From: Caldilineae bacterium
GTDB lineage: Bacteria > Chloroflexota > Anaerolineae > JAAEKA01
Length of the DNA: 64,000 nt
Direction: 5' to 3'
Assembly: GCA_020634555.1 (NCBI GenBank)
Contig: JACKBK010000009.1
Location: forward strand, 46,140-110,139
Both the position numbers and the translations under genes were made by a program. Of the stretch, positions 16,333-29,930 are shown one piece after another (within the stretch, counting starts at the first letter, position 1; every line of letters starts with the position of its first letter). The notes under the pieces are model-generated. The model did no database searches, was not told where the DNA came from, and saw only the letters and a list, made by a program, of their open reading frames with translations.

Positions 16333-17370
16333 TCATTCGCTTTCAGTTGCGTTCAGGTTGGCCGGCTGGCTGGCGAGACCCTGGCGAATCTTGCCGACAA
16401 CGTCGGCCTGGACTGCGTCGCGGGCGACCCGGATTGCGCTGCGCACAGCTCGCTGGTTGGAGCGTCCGTGGCCTACGATGCAAACGTGGTTCAATCCCAA
16501 CAGCACAGCGCCGCCATACTCAGCGTAGTCCAGCTTGTTGCTGACGGCAGTAAGAGCTGGCTTGACCAGCAGCGCGCCGGCCATTGCCAGCTTGCGGCTG
16601 GTGATCTCCTCACGCAAGGTGGCGGCAATCAACGAGGCGACGCCTTCCGATAGTTTGATGATGACGTTGCCGGTGAAGCCGTCGGTAATTACCACGTCCG
16701 CCTTGCCGGCCGGAATATCCTTGCCTTCGACGTTACCGACGAAATTGAGGCCGGGCGTTGCCTTGATAAGCTCATAGGCCTCGCGCACCTCGATGGTGCC
16801 CTTGCCTTCCTCCTCGCCAATGGAGACAAGACCAACCCGCGGGTCAGGCACATGGAGCACAGTCTCGGCGTAGATGCTGCCCATCACCGCGAACTGTTGC
16901 AGGTAGATCGGCTTCCAGTCGGTGTTGGCGCCGATGTCCATCAGGAAACAAAAGCCGGTTCGGGTTGGGAACAAGGTTGCCAGCGTCGGTCGGTGAATGC
17001 GCCGCTGGCTGTCAACCTTGATGCGACCGAGCTTGAACAGAGCGATTGCCAGCGCGCCGCCGGTGTTGCCGCAGGTCACGAAAGCGTCGGCTTCGCCCTG
17101 GCGCACCATCTCCATGCCGATGTGCATGGAGGACTGTGGCTTGCTGCGCAGTACTTCAGCCGGTTTGTCGTGCATGTCCACGACTTCAGGCGCGTCGACA
17201 ATCGACAGGTTCAGCCCGGTCCAGTCGCGCTTGGCCAGCTCGCCGCGGACGACGGCTTCCTGCCCGACCAACACGATAGGGATGCCGAACTCCTTTGCAG
17301 CATCGATGGCTCCGGCGACGGTGACCTCCGGTGCGTGGTCGCCGCCCATGACGTCAAAGACAATCTTCAT
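16333..17370 (-). CDS. plsX: Phosphate acyltransferase PlsX
   Basis: 345 aa, MKIVFDVMGGDHAPE... is the canonical PlsX N-terminus. Confidence 0.92.
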   Translation of the reverse strand: MKIVFDVMGGDHAPEVTVAGAIDAAKEFGIPIVLVGQEAVVRGELAKRDWTGLNLSIVDAPEVVDMHDKPAEVLRSKPQSSMHIGMEMVRQGEADAFVTCGNTGGALAIALFKLGRIKVDSQRRIHRPTLATLFPTRTGFCFLMDIGANTDWKPIYLQQFAVMGSIYAETVLHVPDPRVGLVSIGEEEGKGTIEVREAYELIKATPGLNFVGNVEGKDIPAGKADVVITDGFTGNVIIKLSEGVASLIAATLREEITSRKLAMAGALLVKPALTAVSNKLDYAEYGGAVLLGLNHVCIVGHGRSNQRAVRSAIRVARDAVQADVVGKIRQGLASQPANLNATESE

Positions 17371-18224
17371 TCCACGACTTCGAGCGTTCCCAACGCCATC
17401 AAGCCCGGCCCCGCCAGGGCAGCGAGCACAGGTCCCAACTCCACTACGTACAACTCCTGTACGTTGAGCCCGGCACGCACCACAGGCACAAAGGCTTCAG
17501 CCTCCTCACGGACGTTGGCGTGCGCCAGAGTGACGCGCACTGGCTTATCGCCGACCCGCTCGCGAGTCAGGTTGAGGAGCGCGTTCTTGGCAGTCTTGCG
17601 GCCCCGTTCGCGTCCCAACGGTTTGAGCAGGCCGTCTTCGATGGCCAGCATGGGCTTGACGTTGAGCAAGGTGCCCATCATGCCTTGAATAGGGGACAGG
17701 CGGCCGCCGGCGACCAGGAACTTCAGCGTGTCTACGGTGAAGAAGGTGTTGATGCGCCGTTGAATGGCCGGCAGTGCGGCGGCGACCTCCTCGAGTGAGG
17801 CTCCGGCGCTGACCATTTCGGCTGCCGCAATGGTTTGCCAGCCGCCGCCGATGGACGCGCTCAACGTGTCCCAGACCTCGACAGGAACCTCGCTCTCCTG
17901 CGCTGCTGCCTGCACGGCTGAGTTGTAGGTGCCGCTGAGATGGGACGATACCGCAGTGATCACAATGCCAGTCGCGCCCTCGGCCTTGGCCTGTTCTATG
18001 GCGCTGATGAACTGGCCTGGTGTGGGCTGTGTAGTTGTCGGCAGTGGATCGCCTTTGGGGAGCGCGGACAGACGCCTGTAAAATTCCTGATCGGATAGTT
18101 CGACCTTGTTGAGATAGACCTCGTCGCCGAAGATCACGCTGGCGGGAACCTCGATCAGATTCAAGCTAGAAAGAAGCGACTCGGGCACGTTCTGGCTCGA
18201 GTCGCAGATCACGCGAATGCTCAT
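17367..18224 (-). CDS. DegV family fatty-acid-binding protein
   Basis: Start trimmed to the ATG at 18224 (MSIRVICDSSQNVPE...). TTQPTPGQF, SSHLSGTYNSA and LVAGGRLS motifs fit DegV. Its stop overlaps the plsX start. Confidence 0.85.
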   Translation of the reverse strand: MSIRVICDSSQNVPESLLSSLNLIEVPASVIFGDEVYLNKVELSDQEFYRRLSALPKGDPLPTTTQPTPGQFISAIEQAKAEGATGIVITAVSSHLSGTYNSAVQAAAQESEVPVEVWDTLSASIGGGWQTIAAAEMVSAGASLEEVAAALPAIQRRINTFFTVDTLKFLVAGGRLSPIQGMMGTLLNVKPMLAIEDGLLKPLGRERGRKTAKNALLNLTRERVGDKPVRVTLAHANVREEAEAFVPVVRAGLNVQELYVVELGPVLAALAGPGLMALGTLEVVE

Positions 18225-18493
18225 GGAAATTAAATGCTCCTGTGCCTGGTGGTCGGACCGGTGGGAACGTCCGGAAAATCGGTCACGACACTGTTCAAAG
18301 CTAAAAACACGGCGCCTGGCCGTAAGTTGCGCAATGCCACCCCGACCGGCGCCAAATGTCCAGTATCCACAGTTCAAAGTTTCTGTCAAAACAGGTTAGA
18401 CAGTTGGGTGAAACGCTCAATCGATTTGCACGTATTGCATGTTGTGGTGACAATTTTCTGGCTGCAACAATGGCAACAAAGAAAGGTACAATC

Positions 18494-18727
18494 ATGACCA
18501 AGAAACTTTACAGGTCGAGCAACGACCGCGTTATCTCCGGCGTTTGCGGCGGATTTGGTGAATATCTGGGTATCGATCCGACTCTGGTGCGCGTCGTCGC
18601 AGCTCTGTTGGCTCTCGGGTCGTTCGGTACCGCGGTGCTGGTCTACCTGTTGCTGGCGATCATCATACCGCTGGCGCCTCAGCAGAACGTGGCAACTCGC
18701 GCGGGTGACGACGTGTTGGCGCAATGA
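18494..18727 (+). CDS. PspC-domain membrane protein
   Basis: MTKKLYRSSNDRVISGVCGGFGEYLGIDPTLVRVVAALL... is a PspC domain followed by a TM helix. The ATG at 18494 was chosen over the longer track ORF. Confidence 0.8.
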   Translation: MTKKLYRSSNDRVISGVCGGFGEYLGIDPTLVRVVAALLALGSFGTAVLVYLLLAIIIPLAPQQNVATRAGDDVLAQ

Positions 18728-19911
18728 TCGACATCGATGCCGTTCGCGCCGGCATTCCTGCGCTGGCCAACAGCGTTTATCTGAACACAGGAACTTTCGG
18801 GCCGCTCCCTACCGTTGCCGCCGACGAGATTCGCCGGGCGTACAGCGAGGTGGAGCGGCTCGGCACGTTCTCGCCGCCCATCTTTGCCGAGATGGAGCTG
18901 CAGGGCTTTGAGGCGGTGCGCGGGCAGGTTGCAGCCTTGCTGGGCGCGTCCCCGGCTGAGGTCGCGCTGACGCGCAATGTCACCGACGGCATCAACATTG
19001 TGCTGCACGGCATCGATTGGCAGGCGGGCGACGAGGTGATCCTGACCGACCAGGAACACCCGGCCGGCACAGTGCCGTGGCTGGCGCTGGCCCAGCGGGC
19101 CGGCGTTGTGCTGCGCTGGTTGGAGCTGTCGCTGGACAGTGATGCTGTGATGCGTCGCTTCGAGGCGCTGTTGACGCCAAAGACGCGGCTGGCGCAGCTT
19201 AGCCACGTGTCGTGTCTGACCGGGTTCCGTTTGCCGGTCGGGAGACTCTGCGCAACCGCCCGGCAGGCCGGTGTGCTGACGTTGATCGACGGCGCTCACG
19301 CCGAGGGCCAGTTCAGCGTCGATTTTCAGACGCTGGGCTGCGATTTCTACGCTGCCTGTGGGCACAAGTGGCTGCTGGGTCCCCAGGGTGTGGGCATGGT
19401 GGCCATCCGTCGCGAGTTGGTGGAAATGCTGCGGCCGCTTTGGTTGGGCTGGGATGTCCAGCAATCGTATGACCGCGGCGAGCGGCGCTACCAGCTTCAA
19501 ACGACGGCGGCTCGGTTCGAGCAAAGCACGCGGCCGTGGCCGCTTTATCTGGCCTTTGGCAAGTCCATCGACTTTGTTACAAGAGTTGGCCTGGACAAGA
19601 TCGAGACGCGCGTGCAGGCTCTGCGCTCCCGATTTGTCGCCGCGCTCTCGAACTTGCCTGGTGTCACAGTTCTCAGTCCGGTGGCGGGGGCCAGGGGTAC
19701 CGGACTGATCACCGCGCGGGTCGAGGGATGGTCCTGTGAGGCCTTGCAGGAACGCCTCTGGAAGCGGCATCGAGTGATCACCAACATCATTCGTGAGTTC
19801 AACGCTCTGCGGTTTTCCATCGCGTTTTTCACCACGGAGGCCGAGTTGGAGTTAGCTCTCGACGCGATCAATTTGGCGGTTCGGGGCGAGTCGCCAAAAA
19901 TTGATACTTGA
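18724..19911 (+). CDS. Class V aminotransferase / cysteine-desulfurase-like PLP enzyme
   Basis: 395 aa. LNTGTFGP, DGAHA and CGHKWLLGPQGVG (PLP lysine) motifs. ATGA overlap with the pspC-domain gene. Confidence 0.8.
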   Translation: MIDIDAVRAGIPALANSVYLNTGTFGPLPTVAADEIRRAYSEVERLGTFSPPIFAEMELQGFEAVRGQVAALLGASPAEVALTRNVTDGINIVLHGIDWQAGDEVILTDQEHPAGTVPWLALAQRAGVVLRWLELSLDSDAVMRRFEALLTPKTRLAQLSHVSCLTGFRLPVGRLCATARQAGVLTLIDGAHAEGQFSVDFQTLGCDFYAACGHKWLLGPQGVGMVAIRRELVEMLRPLWLGWDVQQSYDRGERRYQLQTTAARFEQSTRPWPLYLAFGKSIDFVTRVGLDKIETRVQALRSRFVAALSNLPGVTVLSPVAGARGTGLITARVEGWSCEALQERLWKRHRVITNIIREFNALRFSIAFFTTEAELELALDAINLAVRGESPKIDT

Positions 19912-19936
19912 CAAACCGCGCCGTTCGTGCTACTAT
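19908..19936 (+). promoter_or_regulatory. Sigma-70-like promoter candidate for rpoBC
   Basis: TTGACA (19908-19913), 17-nt spacer, TACTAT (19931-19936). Followed by a leader of about 180 nt. Confidence 0.5.
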
Positions 19937-20119
19937 TGCCCTTCGCGGTGCGGGCACTGCAGCTGACGCATCCCCAAAACAAACAAGTACCACCAACACA
20001 ATCGCGTGGGTCCCGCTAAGCCAGGTTGAACCCTTCATCCAATGGTTGATTGCAGGGTTCATCTTTGTATTGGTTGGGATATTTTCGCGTTTACAGGCAC
20101 CCTTTTTCGGAGGTAAACT

Positions 20120-24100
<3,981 letters not shown>

Positions 24101-24175
24101 TCAGTAATCAGTAGTCAGTAATCAGGTAACTGGTCATTGACAACTGGTAACTGTTCACTGCACAAGAGGTGAACT

Positions 24176-27100
24176 GTGGAAGTCAACGATTTTGATGCCA
24201 TCCGTATTTCCCTGGCTTCTCCTGACCAGATCAGGGAGTGGAGCCACGGCGAAGTATTAAAGCCTGAAACTATCAACTACCGCACGCTGCGGCCAGAACG
24301 GGACGGGCTGTTCTGTGAGCGAATCTTCGGACCTACCAAGGACTGGGAATGCTACTGCGGCAAGTACAAGCGGGTGCGCTACAAGGGCATCGTGTGCGAT
24401 AAGTGCGGCGTTGAGGTGGCTCCCAGTCGCGTGCGCCGTGAACGCATGGGACATATCGAGTTGGCCAGCCCCGTCAGCCATATCTGGTACGTCAAAGGTG
24501 TGCCCAGCCGCCTGGGCTTGTTGCTGGACATTTCGCCGCGCAACCTGGAGCGCGTGCTCTACTTTGCTCAATACATCATCACGGTTGTGGACGAGGATGC
24601 CCGCAGCCGCACGTTGGCGCGCCATGAGCGTGACCTTGCAGCGCGGCTGGCTAAGCTAAACAGCGATTTTGATACCAAGATCCTGACCATCGAAGAGCGG
24701 CGCGATAGCGCGATCCGCCAGATCGACCGCGAATACGACGAACAGAATGACAGCCTGTCAGCTCAGCTTGAGCAGCGTTCCAACGCCGTTATCACTGAAC
24801 TGCGTAACCTGACCACGCGGCTGGAGAACCGGCTTGGTCAGGGACTGGACGAGGACATCGTTCTTCCCTGGCAATCTGAGCCATTCCTGAAGAAGGGTGT
24901 GACCATTCAGCGGTCACAGCTGGACCTGCTCAATACCGCAGCGCAGGAACAGTTGAGCGAGATCGACGCCCAGGTTGAGGAAGAACGCTCCCTTTTGGTG
25001 GACTCTGTCTCTGTCAAGCGCGACCACGAACGGCACATCGCCGAGCAGGAGCTGCTGGGCGTTCACGAGCAGCGAGAGATGCAAGCTGACCGCCTGCGTA
25101 TGCAGATGGAAGACGATCTTCAGGAGCTGAAGTCGCTGCGCACGCGGCAACTGCTGACCGAGTCGCGCTTTCGCGAGTTGGCCGAGCGCTGGGGCAACGT
25201 TTTCGACGCCGATATGGGCGCCGAAGCGATCCGAAAAATCGTCGCTCACATGGATCTGGACAAGCTGGCCGTTGAGTTGCGTCAGGAGATCAAGACCAGC
25301 CGTTCGAAGCAGCGCCGCAAAAAGGCTGCTAAGCAACTGCGTGTCGTGGAGTCGTTCCGCAAGTCAGGCAATCATCCGGAGTGGATGATCCTGAAATTGC
25401 TGCCGGTGATTCCCCCCGATCTGCGCCCGATGGTGCAACTGGACGGTGGCCGCTTTGCTACCAGCGACTTGAACGACCTCTATCGCCGCGTCATCAATCG
25501 CAACAATCGCCTGCGCCGGCTGTTGGAACTTGGCGCGCCGGACGTCATTGTGCGCAACGAGAAGCGCATGTTGCAAGAAGCAGTCGATAGCTTGATCGAC
25601 AACGGACGCCGCGGGCGGGCCGTCAGCCGTAGCGGCAAGCGCAAGCTCAAGTCGCTGTCGGACATGCTCAAGGGCAAGCAGGGCCGGTTCCGCCGCAACC
25701 TGTTGGGCAAGCGCGTCGACTATTCCGGTCGGTCAGTCATCGTCATTGGACCGCAGCTCAAGCTGCATCAGTGTGGCCTGCCCAAGAAGATGGCGCTGGA
25801 GCTGTTCAAGCCCTTCGTCATGCATCGTCTGGTGGACCACAACCACGCGCACAATATCAAGAGCGCCAAGCGCATGGTGGACCGGGTTGATCCCGCAGTG
25901 TGGGACGTTCTCGACGACATCATCAAAGAGCGGCCGGTGCTGCTCAACCGCGCGCCGACGCTGCACCGTCTGGGTATCCAGGCCTTTGAGGTGGTGCTCA
26001 TCGAGGGCAACGCGATCCAGCTTCATCCGCTCTCTTGTGCCGCCTTTAACGCAGACTTCGACGGCGACCAGATGGCGGTCCATGTGCCGTTGAGCGAGAT
26101 GGCGGTGACGGAAGCGCGCAATCTGATGCTTTCGACCCGCAACCTGCTCAAGCCGGCCAGCGGCGAGCCTATCGTTGGCCCCTCCAAGGATATGGTGCTG
26201 GGCGTCTACTACATGACCACCGTGCAGAAGGGCGCCAAGGGCGAGGGCAAGACCTTCTCTGGCTTTGACGAAGTTCTCATGGCGTATCATCTGGGATTTC
26301 TGGATATCCGCGCCCCCATCAAGACACGCTTTACCTCGCCGCTGGACACTGTGCTGCTGGACACGGTCGAACTCAGTGATCGGGTGCGCAACGCGCTCAC
26401 CGCGGCCGGAATCGTCACTGTCGGACAGGTCCTGGATCGCCTGGCCCAACTGAGCGACCGCAAGTTCATCGAGGAGGTGACCGATTTCGGCGCCAAGGGG
26501 CTGGAAGAACTGAAGATTCAGATGCGGCTGCATGGCTATTCAGCCGCGCACTGGCCGGAGAATCGACTGATCGAGACCACTGCCGGTCGGGTGCTCTTCA
26601 ACCTTGGACTGCCGCCGAACCTGCATTTCGTCAACGAGGTGATGGACAAAAAGGCCGTCAATGTGCTCGTGGGAGAGTGCTACAAGCTGATCGGCTCCGA
26701 GGCGACTGCGGTTACTGTCGATGTCATCAAGGAGATGGGCTTCCGCTACGCAACGCAAAGCGGGTTCACCATTGCCGTCAGCGACATTCAGGTGCCCGAA
26801 GTCAAGACGCAGATCCTCGACAACACGACGCGGGAGGTGGACCAGGCGGAGCGCCAGTATCGCCGCGGCCTCATCACCGAGGAAGAGCAGTACAACCGGG
26901 TTGTCGAACTGTGGACCCGCGCCACGGACGACATTACTCAGGCAGTGCAGACGCAGCTTGATCCGTTGGAAGGTATCGGCGCCATGGCGACCAGCGGTGC
27001 GACCAAGGGCGGCGTGACACCGATCCGCCAGTTGGCTGGCATGCGCGGTCTGATGGCTGATCCGTCAGGACGCATTATCGCTCTGCCCATCCGCTCCAAC

Positions 27101-28702
27101 TTCCGCGAGGGACTGACCGCTCTGGAGTACTTCCTCAGTACCCACGGCGCCCGTAAGGGACTCGCCGACACTGCTCTGCGAACGGCTGACGCGGGCTATC
27201 TAACCCGCCGGCTGGTGGACGTGGCGCAGGATGTGATCATCACCGAGAACGATTGCGGCACCAACGCCGGAATCTGGGTGGATGACGAAGGCAGCCGCGG
27301 CATGAACGAGAAGCTCACCGAGCGTCTCGTGGGCCGGGTCGCCGGCGCTGCGGTTATCGATCCGCAGACCGGAGAAGTTATCGTCGAACGCAACCAGATG
27401 ATGGAAGAAGACGAATGCGACCTGATCACCCAGGCTGGTGTGAAGCGCGTCTATGTGCGATCACCGCTGACCTGTGAGACCAGGGTCGGCCTGTGTAAGG
27501 CCTGCTATGGCCGTGATCTCGGGCGCGGGCGGCTGGTGGAACAGGGCGAAGCGGTGGGTATCATCGCCGCCCAGTCGATCGGCGAGCCGGGCACACAGCT
27601 AACCCTGCGCACGTTCCATACAGGTGGCGTGGCTGGCGGTGAGGACATCACCCAGGGTCTGCCGCGTGTCGAAGAGCTTTTCGAAGCGCGCAACCCCAAG
27701 GGTGAGGCGGTCATCAGCGAAATTGACGGTGTATTGGATGTCTACTGGGACGGCGAGCAACGGATGATCAAGGTCACCAACAGCCGGATCATCAAGCGAC
27801 AGCACATGGTGCCCGCTGAGGCGGAGATGGTGGTCAAAGACCGCGATCGTGTTCAGGAAGGGACTGTGTTGGCCCGCTATGAGGACGGCCGTGAGATTAC
27901 GGCCGTGACTGACGGTGCGGCCTATGTGGACAAGCTGGACGATGGATCGAGCCTGGTGATTGTGCGCCGGGAGGAAACAGATGAATGGTCCCAGCCCATT
28001 CCGCCGTCTGCACGGGTTGAGCCGGAGCGCGGCGACCGCGTCCAGGCTGGCCAGCAGTTGACCGTTGGTTCCAAGAACCCGCGCGAGGTGCTTCGTATCC
28101 AGGGCATTGATGCCTGCCAGATGTATCTGCTGCAAGAGGTCCAAAAGGTCTATCGGTCCCAGGGCGTTGGCATCCACGATAAGCACATTGAGGTAGTGAT
28201 CCGGCAGATGATCCGCAAGGCGCAGATTCGCACGGCGGGTGACTCCGGGTTCCTGCCGGGCGAGTTGGTTGATCGCTTCGAGTTGGAGGACGTCAACAGC
28301 GCTCTGCTTGAGGACAGCAAGCAACCCGCTCGTGCCGATACAGTGTTGTTAGGCGTTACCAAAGCGTCGCTCAACACCGACAGCTTCCTGGCAGCGGCCT
28401 CCTTCCAGGAGACGACCCGGGTGCTGACCGAAGCTGCTGTCAAAGGTAAGACCGATCCGCTGCGCGGCCTGAAGGAGAACGTCATTATCGGCAAGCTGAT
28501 CCCGGTCGGGACCGGTTTTCTTGCGCGGCGCGCCCGCCCGATGACGATCGAGCCTATCGAACCGGTGGAAGGCGACTACGACGATGAGTTGTCCAGCGAG
28601 GACCAACTGTCCGCCCAGGACCGGCAGTTTGCGGAGGCCTTTGGGCTGCTGGGGCAAATGCCAGACTTCGGCGACTTTGGTGACGACGAATACGACGATT
28701 AG
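24176..28702 (+). CDS. rpoC: DNA-directed RNA polymerase subunit beta-prime, with two insertions
   Basis: 1508 aa. GTG start. Zn motif [23 protein letters not shown] and catalytic [12 protein letters not shown]. Confidence 0.98.
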   Translation: MEVNDFDAIRISLASPDQIREWSHGEVLKPETINYRTLRPERDGLFCERIFGPTKDWECYCGKYKRVRYKGIVCDKCGVEVAPSRVRRERMGHIELASPVSHIWYVKGVPSRLGLLLDISPRNLERVLYFAQYIITVVDEDARSRTLARHERDLAARLAKLNSDFDTKILTIEERRDSAIRQIDREYDEQNDSLSAQLEQRSNAVITELRNLTTRLENRLGQGLDEDIVLPWQSEPFLKKGVTIQRSQLDLLNTAAQEQLSEIDAQVEEERSLLVDSVSVKRDHERHIAEQELLGVHEQREMQADRLRMQMEDDLQELKSLRTRQLLTESRFRELAERWGNVFDADMGAEAIRKIVAHMDLDKLAVELRQEIKTSRSKQRRKKAAKQLRVVESFRKSGNHPEWMILKLLPVIPPDLRPMVQLDGGRFATSDLNDLYRRVINRNNRLRRLLELGAPDVIVRNEKRMLQEAVDSLIDNGRRGRAVSRSGKRKLKSLSDMLKGKQGRFRRNLLGKRVDYSGRSVIVIGPQLKLHQCGLPKKMALELFKPFVMHRLVDHNHAHNIKSAKRMVDRVDPAVWDVLDDIIKERPVLLNRAPTLHRLGIQAFEVVLIEGNAIQLHPLSCAAFNADFDGDQMAVHVPLSEMAVTEARNLMLSTRNLLKPASGEPIVGPSKDMVLGVYYMTTVQKGAKGEGKTFSGFDEVLMAYHLGFLDIRAPIKTRFTSPLDTVLLDTVELSDRVRNALTAAGIVTVGQVLDRLAQLSDRKFIEEVTDFGAKGLEELKIQMRLHGYSAAHWPENRLIETTAGRVLFNLGLPPNLHFVNEVMDKKAVNVLVGECYKLIGSEATAVTVDVIKEMGFRYATQSGFTIAVSDIQVPEVKTQILDNTTREVDQAERQYRRGLITEEEQYNRVVELWTRATDDITQAVQTQLDPLEGIGAMATSGATKGGVTPIRQLAGMRGLMADPSGRIIALPIRSNFREGLTALEYFLSTHGARKGLADTALRTADAGYLTRRLVDVAQDVIITENDCGTNAGIWVDDEGSRGMNEKLTERLVGRVAGAAVIDPQTGEVIVERNQMMEEDECDLITQAGVKRVYVRSPLTCETRVGLCKACYGRDLGRGRLVEQGEAVGIIAAQSIGEPGTQLTLRTFHTGGVAGGEDITQGLPRVEELFEARNPKGEAVISEIDGVLDVYWDGEQRMIKVTNSRIIKRQHMVPAEAEMVVKDRDRVQEGTVLARYEDGREITAVTDGAAYVDKLDDGSSLVIVRREETDEWSQPIPPSARVEPERGDRVQAGQQLTVGSKNPREVLRIQGIDACQMYLLQEVQKVYRSQGVGIHDKHIEVVIRQMIRKAQIRTAGDSGFLPGELVDRFELEDVNSALLEDSKQPARADTVLLGVTKASLNTDSFLAAASFQETTRVLTEAAVKGKTDPLRGLKENVIIGKLIPVGTGFLARRARPMTIEPIEPVEGDYDDELSSEDQLSAQDRQFAEAFGLLGQMPDFGDFGDDEYDD

Positions 28703-28716
28703 TTTGGCGCTGTGAT

Positions 28717-28745
28717 TTGACCCGTCGTAGCACCTGTGCTAGAAT
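28717..28745 (+). promoter_or_regulatory. Sigma-70-like promoter candidate upstream of rpsL
   Basis: TTGACC (28717-28722), 17-nt spacer, TAGAAT (28740-28745). Confidence 0.5.
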
Positions 28746-28753
28746 GTCACGAA

Positions 28754-28785
28754 GTAGGCCGAGCCTATCAAGCGGCTCGGCCTAC
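28754..28785 (+). promoter_or_regulatory. 12-bp perfect hairpin in the rpoC-rpsL spacer / str leader
   Basis: GTAGGCCGAGCC-8 nt-GGCTCGGCCTAC, followed by GCTTGTGGTTTGTG. Could be the rpoC terminator or a leader structure. Confidence 0.4.
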
Positions 28786-28849
28786 GCTTGTGGTTTGTGA
28801 CTGATTAGCCAGGTTCACAAAACGACTGAACCGACAAAGGAAGAGAACT

Positions 28850-29296
28850 TTGCCTACTATCAACCAACTTGTTCGACACGGTCGCAAGCCGAAGCCTAAG
28901 AAGGAAACGGCGCCGGCCCTTCGATACACGCATAATTCGCTCAAATCCCGCACGCGCAGGATGCCCAAAGGCTCCCCGCAAAAGCGCGGCGTTTGCACCC
29001 AGGTTCGCACGACGACACCCAAAAAGCCGAATTCGGCTATGCGCAAGATTGCCCGTGTGCGTCTCAGCAACGGCGTTGAGGTCACGGCCTACATCCCCGG
29101 TGAGGGGCATCGCCTGCAGGAGCACTCGGTGGTTCTGGTGCGCGGTGGTCGTGTCAAGGACCTGCCCGGCGTGCGCTATCATATCGTGCGAGGTGCTCTG
29201 GACAGCACCGGCGTTGACAAGCGGCGCAGAGGTCGTTCCAAGTATGGGGCCAAGCGCCCGAAGTCGGGTGCGGCCGCGCCGGCCCGCCGTCGATAG
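28850..29296 (+). CDS. rpsL: 30S ribosomal protein S12
   Basis: [13 protein letters not shown]..., [13 protein letters not shown] start. Confidence 0.97.
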   Translation: MPTINQLVRHGRKPKPKKETAPALRYTHNSLKSRTRRMPKGSPQKRGVCTQVRTTTPKKPNSAMRKIARVRLSNGVEVTAYIPGEGHRLQEHSVVLVRGGRVKDLPGVRYHIVRGALDSTGVDKRRRGRSKYGAKRPKSGAAAPARRR

Positions 29297-29314
29297 GCGA
29301 AGGAGTAGCACATC

Positions 29315-29791
29315 ATGCGAAGAAACCGCGCGCCCATTCGTGTCATAGCGCCCGATCCCAAGTACAACAACGTGGCGCTGGCGAAGTTCATCAACCGTAT
29401 CATGTTGAACGGCAAGAAGAGCACCGCCCAGGGTATCGTCTACGATTCGTTGGAGATCCTGGAAAAGCGTACCGGCAAGCCCGCCATCGAGGTGTTCGAG
29501 CAGGCGATCAACAACGCTTCGCCCGCGGTGGAAGTGAAGCCGCGACGCGTTGGCGGGGCAACCTATCAGGTGCCGCTGGAAGTGCCCGCAAGCCGCCGCC
29601 AGGCGCTGGCGCACCGCTGGCTGATCGCCAATGCGCGCAAGCGTAGCGGCAAGTCGATGGCGCAAAAACTGGCTGCTGAGTTGCTCGACGCAGCCAACAA
29701 CACGGGCACAACCATAAAACGAAAAGAAGATACACACAAGATGGCCGAAGCCAACCGTGCCTTTGCCCACTATCGCTGGGGTGGCCGGTAG
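29315..29791 (+). CDS. rpsG: 30S ribosomal protein S7
   Basis: 158 aa, [23 protein letters not shown]... AAGGAG upstream. Confidence 0.97.
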   Translation: MRRNRAPIRVIAPDPKYNNVALAKFINRIMLNGKKSTAQGIVYDSLEILEKRTGKPAIEVFEQAINNASPAVEVKPRRVGGATYQVPLEVPASRRQALAHRWLIANARKRSGKSMAQKLAAELLDAANNTGTTIKRKEDTHKMAEANRAFAHYRWGGR

Positions 29792-29846
29792 GTTTAGTCC
29801 CTCGAAAACGATTCTTTCAGGCATATCAGCCTGTCGCCAACCCTTG

Positions 29847-29881
29847 CGACGGGCGGCTGAAAGTAGTTCAGCCGCCCGTCG
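29847..29881 (+). terminator. 15-bp perfect hairpin between rpsG and fusA (attenuator/terminator-like)
   Basis: CGACGGGCGGCTGAA-AGTAG-TTCAGCCGCCCGTCG, followed by TTGGTTGTT. Confidence 0.4.
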
Positions 29882-29930
29882 TTGGTTGTTCAAGACCAGG
29901 GTATTTTTCTCCACGTAAAGTATAAAAGTA

